Position numbers and translations under genes: made by a program. Shown piece by piece: positions 13,161 through 21,402 of a DNA stretch of 32,000 bases. The notes beneath the pieces were generated by a model. The model ran no database searches. It was not told the origin of the DNA and saw only the letters and a program-made list of their open reading frames with translations. The DNA comes from Coprobacillaceae bacterium. GTDB lineage: Bacteria; Bacillota_I; Bacilli_A; Erysipelotrichales; Coprobacillaceae. Position 1 is the first letter of the stretch; the number at the start of each line of letters is the position of its first letter. Location: NCBI GenBank assembly GCA_963675915.1, contig OY780959.1:690001-722000 (forward strand), given 5' to 3'.

Positions 13161-15152
13161 TTGAGAGTTGCTTTATTTTCAGATACATATTTGCCGGACC
13201 TCAACGGGGTGGCCACAAGTACGAAAACTTTGCGCGATGCGCTGGTAAGAAACGGTCATGAAGTGATTGTGGTTACTAGTGAATTGCCTAGTGACAGCGA
13301 TTACGTTGATGGCCCTGATGGTTATATTGTCCGGGTTCAGGGATTGGAACTTTCGCTTTTGTATGGGTATCGTGCCTGCAGCATCTACTCTTATTCAGGT
13401 ATGCGTGAAGTTCGGGACTTCCAGCCGGATATCGTCCATGTTCAAACGGAATTTGGAATCGGTATTTTTGGCCGTCTGGTTGCCCAGGAACTTGACTTGC
13501 CGATAGTTTATACTTATCATACAATGTATCATGATTATTCCCATTATATCAATCCAGTGAAAAGCGAAATGGTTGATGAGTTTTTGAAGGCGGTTATTTC
13601 CGGCCTCACGCGGATTTATACCAACCGCTGTTCTGAGTTGATTGTCCCGTCATGCAAAACGGCCAAGGCGCTGGTGAAATACGGTTTGAAACAGGAAGCT
13701 CATATCATTCCGACCGGTCTGGAACTTGAGCGGTTCCATCCGCTAAACGGTGATCTTGATCTTGAAAGCAGCCTGGTTGAAAAATATCAGCTCAAAGACA
13801 AATTTGTAATGACTTATCTTGGCAGAATCGCCAAGGAGAAATCAATTGAAACAATTTTTGATGCAATCGCAATTCTCAAAGACAAGCGCCAGGACTTTGT
13901 CTTGATGGTTGTCGGTGGTGGTCCGTATCTGGATATTCTTAAAGATGCGGCTAAAGAAAAAGAGATTGAGGACTATATCATTTTTGCGGGGCCGCAGTAC
14001 GGTGAATTGGTTCCGGCTCATTATCATATCAGTGATGTCTTTGTTTCGGCTTCACTCTCGGAAACTCAGGGACTCACCTATATCGAAGCGATGGCCAGTG
14101 GGATTCCGGCTCTTGCAAGGTATGATGAGAATCTCGAAGGTGTTATCAAAGATGATATCAATGGATATTTCTTTGATGATATCAATAATCTGGTTGAAAT
14201 CGTCCTTGACATGATGGATGAAGATATAACCTGGCTCCAGGAATCAGCTTTGGAAGACAGCAAGAACTTCGGTGCTCAGAAGTTTTATGAGGATGTTCTG
14301 GCTGTCTATGATATTGCCATCAAGAACAAGACTTACAACTATGAAATAGTAGCAATCACCTCTTCAAGAAAAAACTATGTCGACATTGATTTCAAAGTCG
14401 ATCATACCGTGATCACACTTGAACTATCACTCAAATTTGTCGAAGAGTATAAACTCGAGATCGGCCGGGTTATCGATCGGACCCTGTTTGATACCCTTAA
14501 AGATCTCGAACAGATTGTAATTGCCTATAACAAGGCGCTTAAGTGGCTGGCTCTCAAGGATTATTCGGAAGCGGCCATCAAGGACAAGTTGAGTGATGCC
14601 GGCTTCTTCACTGACGCTCAGATTGAAGCGACTGTCGAATATCTCAAAGAGAGAAACCTGGTCAACGATGAGAAGTATGCAAGTGAATATATCGAATTAT
14701 GCAACCGCAAATCGATTGGAATCAATCGGGCAATCTACAATCTAAGAAAGAACAAGGTTCGCCTTGATGCGATCGACTATGCAATTGAGAATATGGATCA
14801 GGAAAAGCAGGTCGAAAGCGCCAAGCATATGATTGAAGATATTTATGCCACCCGCTCGACCAAGTCTTATCAGGCTTTGATCAAAGGAATCAAAAACCGG
14901 CTGTTCAATCGCGGTTTCACTCCAGAAACAATCGATTTGGCCATGGGTTCGATCAACTTGCGTTTTGACGTTGTAAAAGAAAAAGACTCCTTGGAAAAAG
15001 AGTTGCAAAAATGCATCAGACGCTATCAACGAAAATTTGATGGGGAAGCACTGGTGCAAAAATGTATCGACGGACTGCTTAGAAAGGGTTATCGGTACGA
15101 AGATATCAAAGAAATAGTAGACAAAGGAGAAATTTTTAATGACGAGTATTAA
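13161..15152 (+). CDS. Fusion protein: N-terminal GT4 glycosyltransferase (MGS-like) plus C-terminal full-length RecX-like domain
   Basis: AGGAGA at 13149-13154 sits 6 nt before in-frame TTG 13161, giving (M)RVALFSDTYLPDLNGVATS, a typical GT4 N-terminus. E-x7-E motif in SLSETQGLTYIEAMASGIPALA. From about nt 14337 the sequence NYEIVAITSSRKNYVDIDF...AYNKALKWLALKDYSEAAIKDKL...VEYLKERNLVNDEKYASEYIE...LLRKGYRYEDIKEIV aligns by eye along the whole Bacillus-type RecX. There is no stop codon between the two halves. Confidence 0.8.
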   Translation: MRVALFSDTYLPDLNGVATSTKTLRDALVRNGHEVIVVTSELPSDSDYVDGPDGYIVRVQGLELSLLYGYRACSIYSYSGMREVRDFQPDIVHVQTEFGIGIFGRLVAQELDLPIVYTYHTMYHDYSHYINPVKSEMVDEFLKAVISGLTRIYTNRCSELIVPSCKTAKALVKYGLKQEAHIIPTGLELERFHPLNGDLDLESSLVEKYQLKDKFVMTYLGRIAKEKSIETIFDAIAILKDKRQDFVLMVVGGGPYLDILKDAAKEKEIEDYIIFAGPQYGELVPAHYHISDVFVSASLSETQGLTYIEAMASGIPALARYDENLEGVIKDDINGYFFDDINNLVEIVLDMMDEDITWLQESALEDSKNFGAQKFYEDVLAVYDIAIKNKTYNYEIVAITSSRKNYVDIDFKVDHTVITLELSLKFVEEYKLEIGRVIDRTLFDTLKDLEQIVIAYNKALKWLALKDYSEAAIKDKLSDAGFFTDAQIEATVEYLKERNLVNDEKYASEYIELCNRKSIGINRAIYNLRKNKVRLDAIDYAIENMDQEKQVESAKHMIEDIYATRSTKSYQALIKGIKNRLFNRGFTPETIDLAMGSINLRFDVVKEKDSLEKELQKCIRRYQRKFDGEALVQKCIDGLLRKGYRYEDIKEIVDKGEIFNDEY

Positions 15153-16083
15153 GGAACTAAAAGCAGGTGACTCGAATGTCACGATCAATTGTTTGATCAA
15201 TCGGGCGATTGTAGGAAAAACAAACGGGGCCAACCGGACCAATTATATAACTTTAACCCTTCAGGATTCGAGTGGAACCCTGGATGCGAAATTATGGTCG
15301 GCCAGTGATGAACAAATCAGCACTTTCGTAGCGGGAACGGTAGTCAAAGTATCCGGAGACGTAATCAGATACAATCTTGACCGCCAAATGAAAATCGCTA
15401 AAATTGCGTTTATATCCAATGATGAAGCCGAGGCAGTCAAGTATGTTGAATCGGCGCCTGAGGATGCCGGGATCCTGGTTGATTTCATCAAGGATTACAT
15501 TGCCACAATCAAAAACGAAAACCTGCATAAGTTAGTTTCGGTATTATTCGAAGAAAATGAAGATCAATTAAGAATCTATCCTGCTGCCAGCAAGAATCAT
15601 CATGAGTATGCTTCGGGGCTGGTTTATCATACAGTAACCATGTTGAAAATTGCCAGATCACTGTTGGATATCTATCCGGAACTCAGCGGCGATCTGCTTT
15701 ATTCGGGAATCATTCTCCATGACTTGGGGAAAATTATCGAACTTTCAGGACCGATTGTGCCTCAGTACACAACCGAAGGACGATTGGTTGGTCATATTTC
15801 AATCACCAATGCGATGATCAAGTCCAAAGCTGATCAGCTGGGAATCGAAGGCGAAGAAGTATATCTGCTTCAACATATGATCCTTTCTCATCACGGCAAA
15901 CAGGAGTTCGGTTCTCCGGTACTGCCTCAGTTCAGGGAAGCGGAAATAATTTCCCTGATTGACAACATCGATGCCAGAATGGTAATGATGAACAAGGCTC
16001 TTGACAGTGTTGAAGAGGGTGAATTCACCAAACGGGTATTCTCACTTGAAAACCGCAGCATGTACAAACCGAAAATCAAATAA
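15139..16083 (+). CDS. yhaM: 3'-5' exoribonuclease/exodeoxyribonuclease YhaM (OB-fold plus HD domain)
   Basis: 314 aa, collinear by eye with B. subtilis YhaM: LTLQDSSGTLDAKLWSA, YPAASKNHHEYASGLVYH, GIILHDLGKIIELSG, LQHMILSHHGK, RVFSLENRSMYKP. AAAGGAGA precedes the ATG. It overlaps the upstream CDS by 14 nt. Confidence 0.93.
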   Translation: MTSIKELKAGDSNVTINCLINRAIVGKTNGANRTNYITLTLQDSSGTLDAKLWSASDEQISTFVAGTVVKVSGDVIRYNLDRQMKIAKIAFISNDEAEAVKYVESAPEDAGILVDFIKDYIATIKNENLHKLVSVLFEENEDQLRIYPAASKNHHEYASGLVYHTVTMLKIARSLLDIYPELSGDLLYSGIILHDLGKIIELSGPIVPQYTTEGRLVGHISITNAMIKSKADQLGIEGEEVYLLQHMILSHHGKQEFGSPVLPQFREAEIISLIDNIDARMVMMNKALDSVEEGEFTKRVFSLENRSMYKPKIK

Positions 16084-16084
16084 G

Positions 16085-16114
16085 AAAAAACCTCATCAGT
16101 TGATGAGGTTTTAA
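16085..16114. terminator. Bidirectional rho-independent terminator between convergent yhaM and hit
   Basis: Stem AACCTCATCA (16089-16098), loop GT, TGATGAGGTT (16101-16110). It is flanked by an A-run upstream and TTTAATTT downstream. Confidence 0.85.
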
Positions 16115-16115
16115 T

Positions 16116-16517
16116 TTACATTATTTCCGCAAATATTTCGTCGAGATCGACTGAATCAGAATTATCGGTATAGTTTATCTCGAAAGTGTCTTCTTCGCTG
16201 TAGCGAGGAATAATGTGGAAATGGAAGTGACTAACCGACTGACCGGCAATCGTTCCGTTGTTGGAAACGATATTGATGCCTTGGGCATTCAGTTTGACCT
16301 TTAATTTGTTGGCGAGATCTTGAGCGACTTTCGTAACATGAGCGAGATCATCTTTGTCGACTTCCAAAAAAGAATCGGCATGTTTTTTGGGAATGACCAG
16401 GCAATGTCCTTTGGTAGTCTGGCTTAGGTCCAAAAACGAGATGCATTTGTCATCTTCATATAAGATTTTTCCAGGGATATCATGATTGGCAATCATGCAG
16501 AATATACAATTTTCCAT
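16116..16517 (-). CDS. hit: HIT family (histidine triad) nucleotide hydrolase
   Basis: 133 aa. CIFCMI N-terminus and the histidine triad HFHFHIIPR. Confidence 0.92.
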   Translation of the reverse strand: MENCIFCMIANHDIPGKILYEDDKCISFLDLSQTTKGHCLVIPKKHADSFLEVDKDDLAHVTKVAQDLANKLKVKLNAQGINIVSNNGTIAGQSVSHFHFHIIPRYSEEDTFEINYTDNSDSVDLDEIFAEIM

Positions 16518-16536
16518 TTTTCTCTCCTTATATCAA

Positions 16537-16558
16537 AAGACTAGGATATCCTAGTCTT
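16537..16558 (-). terminator. Perfect 22-nt palindrome: weak terminator or processing hairpin between the lipoprotein gene and hit
   Basis: AAGACTAGGATATCCTAGTCTT, followed on the minus strand only by TTG, then the hit SD AAGGAGAG. The short U-tract suggests partial termination. Confidence 0.4.
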
Positions 16559-16561
16559 ATT

Positions 16562-17407
16562 TTAATCTGTGCTTAATGTGTCCAGGATTGCCTGTTCAAT
16601 CAATGGTTCGTTGACTTTGAATCCGTAGGCATCAAGATAATGGTTTTGAACTGTCAGGGAAATTCCAGTTACAGTTTCAAGTTTGTCTTTGATTTCCTGA
16701 GTAGTTGTGTCATCAGGTTCACTGTTGTAAACATAGACAACAACGATGCTTTCATCAGTCAGAATGATTGGTTCTTGGTAAATTCCATCTTCAGTGAATT
16801 TGTCCAAAAGCGCAATGATGTTTGCATCAACAGTAGTGTCGGCGTTGCTTACGAGTCCCACGTCTTCACCTTCGTTGTTTTCAAGCGCGGCATCAAAATC
16901 TTCTACGGCAGTTTCCGCAATGAAATTTTCAGCTTCGACTTCAGTATTGAAAGTGATCGTTTTGATGTATTTTACCTGGTAGTCGTCGCGAAGACTGGCG
17001 AAATTATCATCGATATACTTTTCAAGCAGCAACTGTTGCATTACAGAAGGCAGCAAGGCTTCTTGTTTGTATTGTTCACCAGATTCGTATCCTAATTGGA
17101 CCGCATAACTGTCAAGATCAGTACCGGCATATTGGATGTATGTATCAACAGTCTCCTGCAGGGTGCTGTCGATTTTGTCCTGATCGGTGATTTCTTGAGT
17201 TGCGATATAATCCAATGCGGAACTCAACACTTGTGATGAACCATAATTGTCCAGATAATAATGATAGACATCATCCTTGGTAATTGCTTCTCCATCAACT
17301 GTCACTAAAGTTGTATTACCATCTGAAAGTGATGTTATGTAACTTGCCTGGGAAGAACACCCAGCCAACAGCGTGGCCATCAGAGTAAGACTAATTAACT
17401 TTTTCAT
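16562..17407 (-). CDS. Acidic lipoprotein, PrsA/SurA-N-like with a degenerate parvulin-like C-terminal half
   Basis: Signal peptide plus lipobox MKKLISLTLMATLLAGC. Very D/E-rich. The N-terminal region (VDGEAITKDDVYHYYLDNYG) is like the PrsA/SurA N-domain. It is a paralogue of the upstream gene, and the two genes abut at 17407 with a 1-nt overlap. Confidence 0.65.
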   Translation of the reverse strand: MKKLISLTLMATLLAGCSSQASYITSLSDGNTTLVTVDGEAITKDDVYHYYLDNYGSSQVLSSALDYIATQEITDQDKIDSTLQETVDTYIQYAGTDLDSYAVQLGYESGEQYKQEALLPSVMQQLLLEKYIDDNFASLRDDYQVKYIKTITFNTEVEAENFIAETAVEDFDAALENNEGEDVGLVSNADTTVDANIIALLDKFTEDGIYQEPIILTDESIVVVYVYNSEPDDTTTQEIKDKLETVTGISLTVQNHYLDAYGFKVNEPLIEQAILDTLSTD

Positions 17408-18381
17408 TAGTTTTCACCTCTTTCTGCTGCACGGGCATCCATTGCATCAGCAATCATATTTTCGATTAACTCCTGAGCATGTTCGTCATTGTAAACAATG
17501 TCATAAGTCTGGAATGCCAGGTATTCCAAGTAGCTGTCGTAGCTAAGCAAAGGTGAATCCATTCCGGCATCGACTACTAATTTCTTGATTTCATCAGCAT
17601 TGTCAGAGTCGCAATGGAAGATTGAAATCATGGTACTGTTTGCCACCCAACCACTGGTTTGACCAGCTGTGAGTCCGGTAACGTCGCCAGCGTCAGCTCC
17701 ATAAGTGGTAGCTAAATCCGTATTGGTGTCAACAACCCCCAGATAACCTCCTGCAGTTGCTGTAGAATCTTGCGAATATTGTTCGGCCAAAGTTGCAAAA
17801 TCCTCACCAGCGGCGATTTTTGCGTCGATTTCATCCATCAGTGCTTGTTCTTCGTCAGTCAAACTGTCGGAATTTTCAACGGAAATCGTAATCACACTGG
17901 CAACTTTAGGTTTTGTCAGCTCGAAATAGTCTAGGTAAACCTCATCAAGGTTAGCATCGATGTAATCTTGAAGGTATGCAATGTATTGATATTGGGAAAT
18001 TAGCGCATCACGGTAATCATCCATTGATTCGTAACCGTAATATGCCAGGGCCTGGTTGAGATATTCTTCAGCGAGATCTCCATAGCTAGATTCATAACTT
18101 GCCAAGATTGAATCAGTGGCAATTTGAGCATCTTTAGTCATATCTTCGGTTACCGGATAGTATTTGTTGATGATCGTTTGGATTACAACCGCATAGTATG
18201 CGGTTTCCCCATTTGTAGTGTCCGCGATCTCAGTGAAAATGTCATCCGCAAAAATATTATAGTCAGTCAATGAAGCGACTACATCTTTACCGTCGACTTG
18301 AGGGACTGAACCGCTTGTTTGACAACCTGTCAAGAGCACTGAGCTCAACAAGATTGGCAAACCAACTTTTTTGAAATTCAT
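17407..18381 (-). CDS. PrsA-like foldase lipoprotein (parvulin-type PPIase domain, probably degenerate)
   Basis: Lipobox LLSSVLLTGC. The segment AGEDFATLAEQYSQDSTATAGGYLG matches the PrsA parvulin motif (DF..LA..YS.D..S...GG.LG). Highly acidic. Confidence 0.75.
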   Translation of the reverse strand: MNFKKVGLPILLSSVLLTGCQTSGSVPQVDGKDVVASLTDYNIFADDIFTEIADTTNGETAYYAVVIQTIINKYYPVTEDMTKDAQIATDSILASYESSYGDLAEEYLNQALAYYGYESMDDYRDALISQYQYIAYLQDYIDANLDEVYLDYFELTKPKVASVITISVENSDSLTDEEQALMDEIDAKIAAGEDFATLAEQYSQDSTATAGGYLGVVDTNTDLATTYGADAGDVTGLTAGQTSGWVANSTMISIFHCDSDNADEIKKLVVDAGMDSPLLSYDSYLEYLAFQTYDIVYNDEHAQELIENMIADAMDARAAERGEN

Positions 18382-18407
18382 ATTTTTCCTCCTTGTGTAA
18401 CATTATG

Positions 18408-18436
18408 ATTATACTATTATTGAACCTTGATTTCAA
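18408..18436 (-). promoter_or_regulatory. Near-consensus sigmaA promoter for the prsA-like genes
   Basis: Minus strand: TTGAAA (18431-18436), 17-nt spacer, TATAAT (18408-18413). SD AAGGAGG then precedes ATG 18381. The -35 overlaps the AI-2E gene's stop codon. Confidence 0.6.
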
Positions 18437-19518
18437 TTATTTTGTGGGAGTCTATTTTGTGATTTTATGGTATAAATGTCGTGAACTGTCTTGATGATTA
18501 CCATAGCCGGAACCGATATCAGGATCCCAAGTGGTCCAAAAATTGTATTTCCTGTCAGGATGGCAAAAAGAATTTCGAAGATCCCAATATTGATCCGTTT
18601 CGAATAAATCCGGGGCACTACTACATAACCAAAGATGTTTGACTGGATAAAAATAAGTGCCAGAAGAATGATGATCCGGTCGAGACCAAGATTCAAAGAG
18701 AGGATTACTCCCAGAATGTTGATGGCAACCGGTCCGAAGTAGGGAATGATTGAAGTCATTCCGGAGAGAATTCCCAGAATGAGAAAATTCTGATTACCTA
18801 TTGCCAGATACATGATTGCGGTGACGATACCTTGATAAACAGCAGTGATAAAGAAGGCTACCAGCCATTTATGCAATGAGTCGTTGATGGCATTGATATA
18901 GCGGGGCAATTTGCGGTCAATCTTGTAAGAAAGCATATAGAGGTAGTATTTGACTCTTTTATAGTAGATTGAGATGTAAATACTGATAATGAAGAAAATG
19001 ATGAATCCGACAATGGTCGAAAGAACCTGGTTGAAGATTCCAATTGTGGTGTCGATGACCGATTCATTGGTGAAGATGTCGGCGACGTTATTTTGGATTG
19101 AATCAACAGTCTGGGAGATGTCCAGGTGTAGATATTGGAGTACCAGGCTTTGGAATTCAAACAGCCCTTGGTTGAAGCTGGGAATCAGTTCGATGATATG
19201 GGAATAGAAAACCGGTATCGAATATGAAAGCAATACCAGGATAATAAAAAACGAGACAACATAGACGACAGCTACGCTCAAGTTTCGATTCCGGTTGTAT
19301 TTGTAAAATACCTGGATAAAAGGTTCGAATACAAAAGCGAGAACCGCTCCGAAAATAAAAGGTCTCAGGATCTCGTAAAGCAATGAAAAAATATTCGAAA
19401 AGACATTGGATGTAAGCTCCAACAATAAAATGATCAATAAAACGATGATCAAATTGATTCCGACTCTTGTCAGTCTCCGGGATAAAAAGTTTTCCACAAA
19501 GTTCCTTAAAATGCGCAT
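18433..19518 (-). CDS. AI-2E family transporter (PerM/UPF0118)
   Basis: 361 aa, multi-TM, with the characteristic SGMTSIIPYFGPVAINILG segment. Confidence 0.85.
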   Translation of the reverse strand: MRILRNFVENFLSRRLTRVGINLIIVLLIILLLELTSNVFSNIFSLLYEILRPFIFGAVLAFVFEPFIQVFYKYNRNRNLSVAVVYVVSFFIILVLLSYSIPVFYSHIIELIPSFNQGLFEFQSLVLQYLHLDISQTVDSIQNNVADIFTNESVIDTTIGIFNQVLSTIVGFIIFFIISIYISIYYKRVKYYLYMLSYKIDRKLPRYINAINDSLHKWLVAFFITAVYQGIVTAIMYLAIGNQNFLILGILSGMTSIIPYFGPVAINILGVILSLNLGLDRIIILLALIFIQSNIFGYVVVPRIYSKRINIGIFEILFAILTGNTIFGPLGILISVPAMVIIKTVHDIYTIKSQNRLPQNN

Positions 19519-19538
19519 ATAATCACCTCAGTATACTT

Positions 19539-19547
19539 ATTATAACA
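19539..19547 (-). promoter_or_regulatory. Possible extended -10 promoter of the AI-2E gene
   Basis: Minus strand TGTTATAAT (TG-n-TATAAT), about 20 nt upstream of ATG 19518, with SD GAGGTGA in between. The -35 is poor. Confidence 0.35.
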
Positions 19548-19658
19548 TATTTAAACCTTTGTAAGATACCACAATTGTGAATAATTCCCTATTTATCGGA
19601 CTATTTTTTATCATTGTTTTAGGTGGCTTAAATTACCGGGCATATTTTATCGTATTAG

Positions 19659-19687
19659 TTGTAATTTCAGCCTAGTTTTAGTATCAT
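19659..19687 (+). promoter_or_regulatory. Putative suf operon promoter
   Basis: TTGTAA (19659-19664), 17-nt spacer, TATCAT (19682-19687), 25 nt before ATG 19713. Confidence 0.5.
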
Positions 19688-19712
19688 TAATAAGAACGAA
19701 AGGGGCAGTAAT

Positions 19713-20525
19713 ATGGCAGTTTTAAAAATCAAAGACCTTCATGCGGAAGTTGAAGGCAAGAAAATATTAAAAGGGGTTGATCTTGAAATCAATCCAGGCG
19801 AAGCACATGCATTAATGGGACCTAACGGTAACGGAAAATCAACTTTGCTTTCTACCATTATGGGTAACCCTAAATATACTATTACACAAGGTTCAATCGA
19901 ACTTGATGGTCAGGATCTTACTAAGATGAGCGTTGATGAACGCTCAAAGGCCGGACTTTTTTTAGCTATGCAGTATCCTCAGGAAATACCAGGAGTCACA
20001 ACTTCTGATTTCCTTAGAGCGGCGATGAATTCCCGACGGGAAAAACCGATTTCCCTGTTCAAGTTCATCAAGGAACTCGATGTAGCTATTGATGAATTGA
20101 AAATGGACGAAAACCTGGCTCACCGTTATCTAAACAGTGGCTTTTCGGGTGGTGAAAAGAAACGGAATGAAGTATTGCAAATGAAATTGCTGCAACCAAG
20201 CATTGCAATGCTTGACGAGATTGATTCCGGACTTGATGTCGATGCGCTGAGAATCGTGGCTGATGCCGTAAACGAAATGCGCAGCGATGAATTCTCGTTG
20301 ATCATGGTATCCCACTATGAAAGAATGTTCAAATTGGTCGAACCGACTCATGTTCACGTTATCGTGGATGGAAAGATCATTCTTGAAGGCGGGAAGGAAC
20401 TGGTTGACAAGATTGATGTCGAAGGTTATGAATGGGTTAAGGAATTGGGAGTAAAAATCGCTGGAGAAGAAGAAGAAAAGAAACCAATCTTATTGGAAAA
20501 TTGCGCGCATGCAGGTAAATTCTAA
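19713..20525 (+). CDS. sufC: Fe-S cluster assembly ATPase SufC
   Basis: Walker A GPNGNGKST, ABC signature FSGGEKKR and Walker B MLDEIDSGLD. It is first in a sufCDSUB arrangement. Confidence 0.95.
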   Translation: MAVLKIKDLHAEVEGKKILKGVDLEINPGEAHALMGPNGNGKSTLLSTIMGNPKYTITQGSIELDGQDLTKMSVDERSKAGLFLAMQYPQEIPGVTTSDFLRAAMNSRREKPISLFKFIKELDVAIDELKMDENLAHRYLNSGFSGGEKKRNEVLQMKLLQPSIAMLDEIDSGLDVDALRIVADAVNEMRSDEFSLIMVSHYERMFKLVEPTHVHVIVDGKIILEGGKELVDKIDVEGYEWVKELGVKIAGEEEEKKPILLENCAHAGKF

Positions 20526-21402
20526 AATGAACGGCGCTATTTCCAATGTTTTGATAGTTGATGGTACTCTTTCGCTGACTGATTTTGATGGTAATATTGA
20601 AATCACTGGTGATGATGTTATTGTCAATGACAAGACTTCTTTGAAAGTTATCTACAAATCTTCAACCAACTCCAAAAAACTAAACTTGAAAATCAATGCC
20701 AGTCTCGACCTTTATGAATTTTATGATACAACACAAGATCTTGAACTGATCAAAACGGTTGATGTTTCCCCAAATGTCAATTTGAACCGTTACGTTGAAA
20801 ACAGAACCAAAGACAACCCGGTAATCGATATTGAGGAAACTGTGGAAGTTCATGGTTCCAGCGTCAAATGCGCTTATCTTGATCTGGGAGTCAATTCAGC
20901 CAAGAACAAAATCAAATATGTTTTAAGCGAACCAAACAGCCATGTCGACGTCCATTTGGGGGCTTTGAGCGATGGTTGCAAAAAACATTATGATATCGCT
21001 ATGGTTCATACCAGCGGCCACACCTATGGTAATATGGACAACTATGGAATCGTCAAAAACAAAGGTAGTCTGATTATCGACGGAACCGGCAAAATCACTA
21101 AAGGTTCGGCCAAATCGAACACTCATCAGGTCAACAAAATAATTGTATTTGACCATAAATGTCAGGCTCAGGCCAATCCGTATCTTCTGGTCGATGAGTT
21201 TGATGTCAATGCCTCCCATGGGGCCAGTGTTGGAAAGATTGATGATGAACAACTGTTCTATCTTCAATCAAGAGGACTGTCTTCTCATGAAGCGATGAGC
21301 CTGGTTACCATTGGCTATTTCATGCCGGTAATCAATTATATCAATGATGAAACAATCAAAGAAGAAGTGACAAACCTTTTAAAAGAGAAGGTGACTTTCT
21401 AA
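20509..21402 (+). CDS. sufD: Fe-S cluster assembly protein SufD (short form)
   Basis: The C-terminal region ANPYLLVDEFDVNASHGASVGKIDDEQLFYLQSRGLS parallels SufB. The start is uncertain: ATG 20509 overlaps sufC by 17 nt, while ATG 20527 lies 1 nt after the sufC stop. Confidence 0.85.
   Translation: MQVNSKMNGAISNVLIVDGTLSLTDFDGNIEITGDDVIVNDKTSLKVIYKSSTNSKKLNLKINASLDLYEFYDTTQDLELIKTVDVSPNVNLNRYVENRTKDNPVIDIEETVEVHGSSVKCAYLDLGVNSAKNKIKYVLSEPNSHVDVHLGALSDGCKKHYDIAMVHTSGHTYGNMDNYGIVKNKGSLIIDGTGKITKGSAKSNTHQVNKIIVFDHKCQAQANPYLLVDEFDVNASHGASVGKIDDEQLFYLQSRGLSSHEAMSLVTIGYFMPVINYINDETIKEEVTNLLKEKVTF

Noticed and set aside
14742-15242. Antisense shadow ORFs inside well-supported genes (e.g. 14742..15242, 16640..17095, 26961..27410, 29422..29793, 23656..24057, 1229..1546)
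   Set aside because: Each is fully embedded opposite a conserved CDS and has no recognisable motifs or SD. Such ORFs are expected by chance opposite genes with strong codon bias.
20509-20526. 17-nt overlap of sufD with sufC as evidence of unusual coupling
   Set aside because: It depends on which ATG is used. ATG 20527 gives a conventional 1-nt gap, and neither start has a clear SD, so no claim is made.
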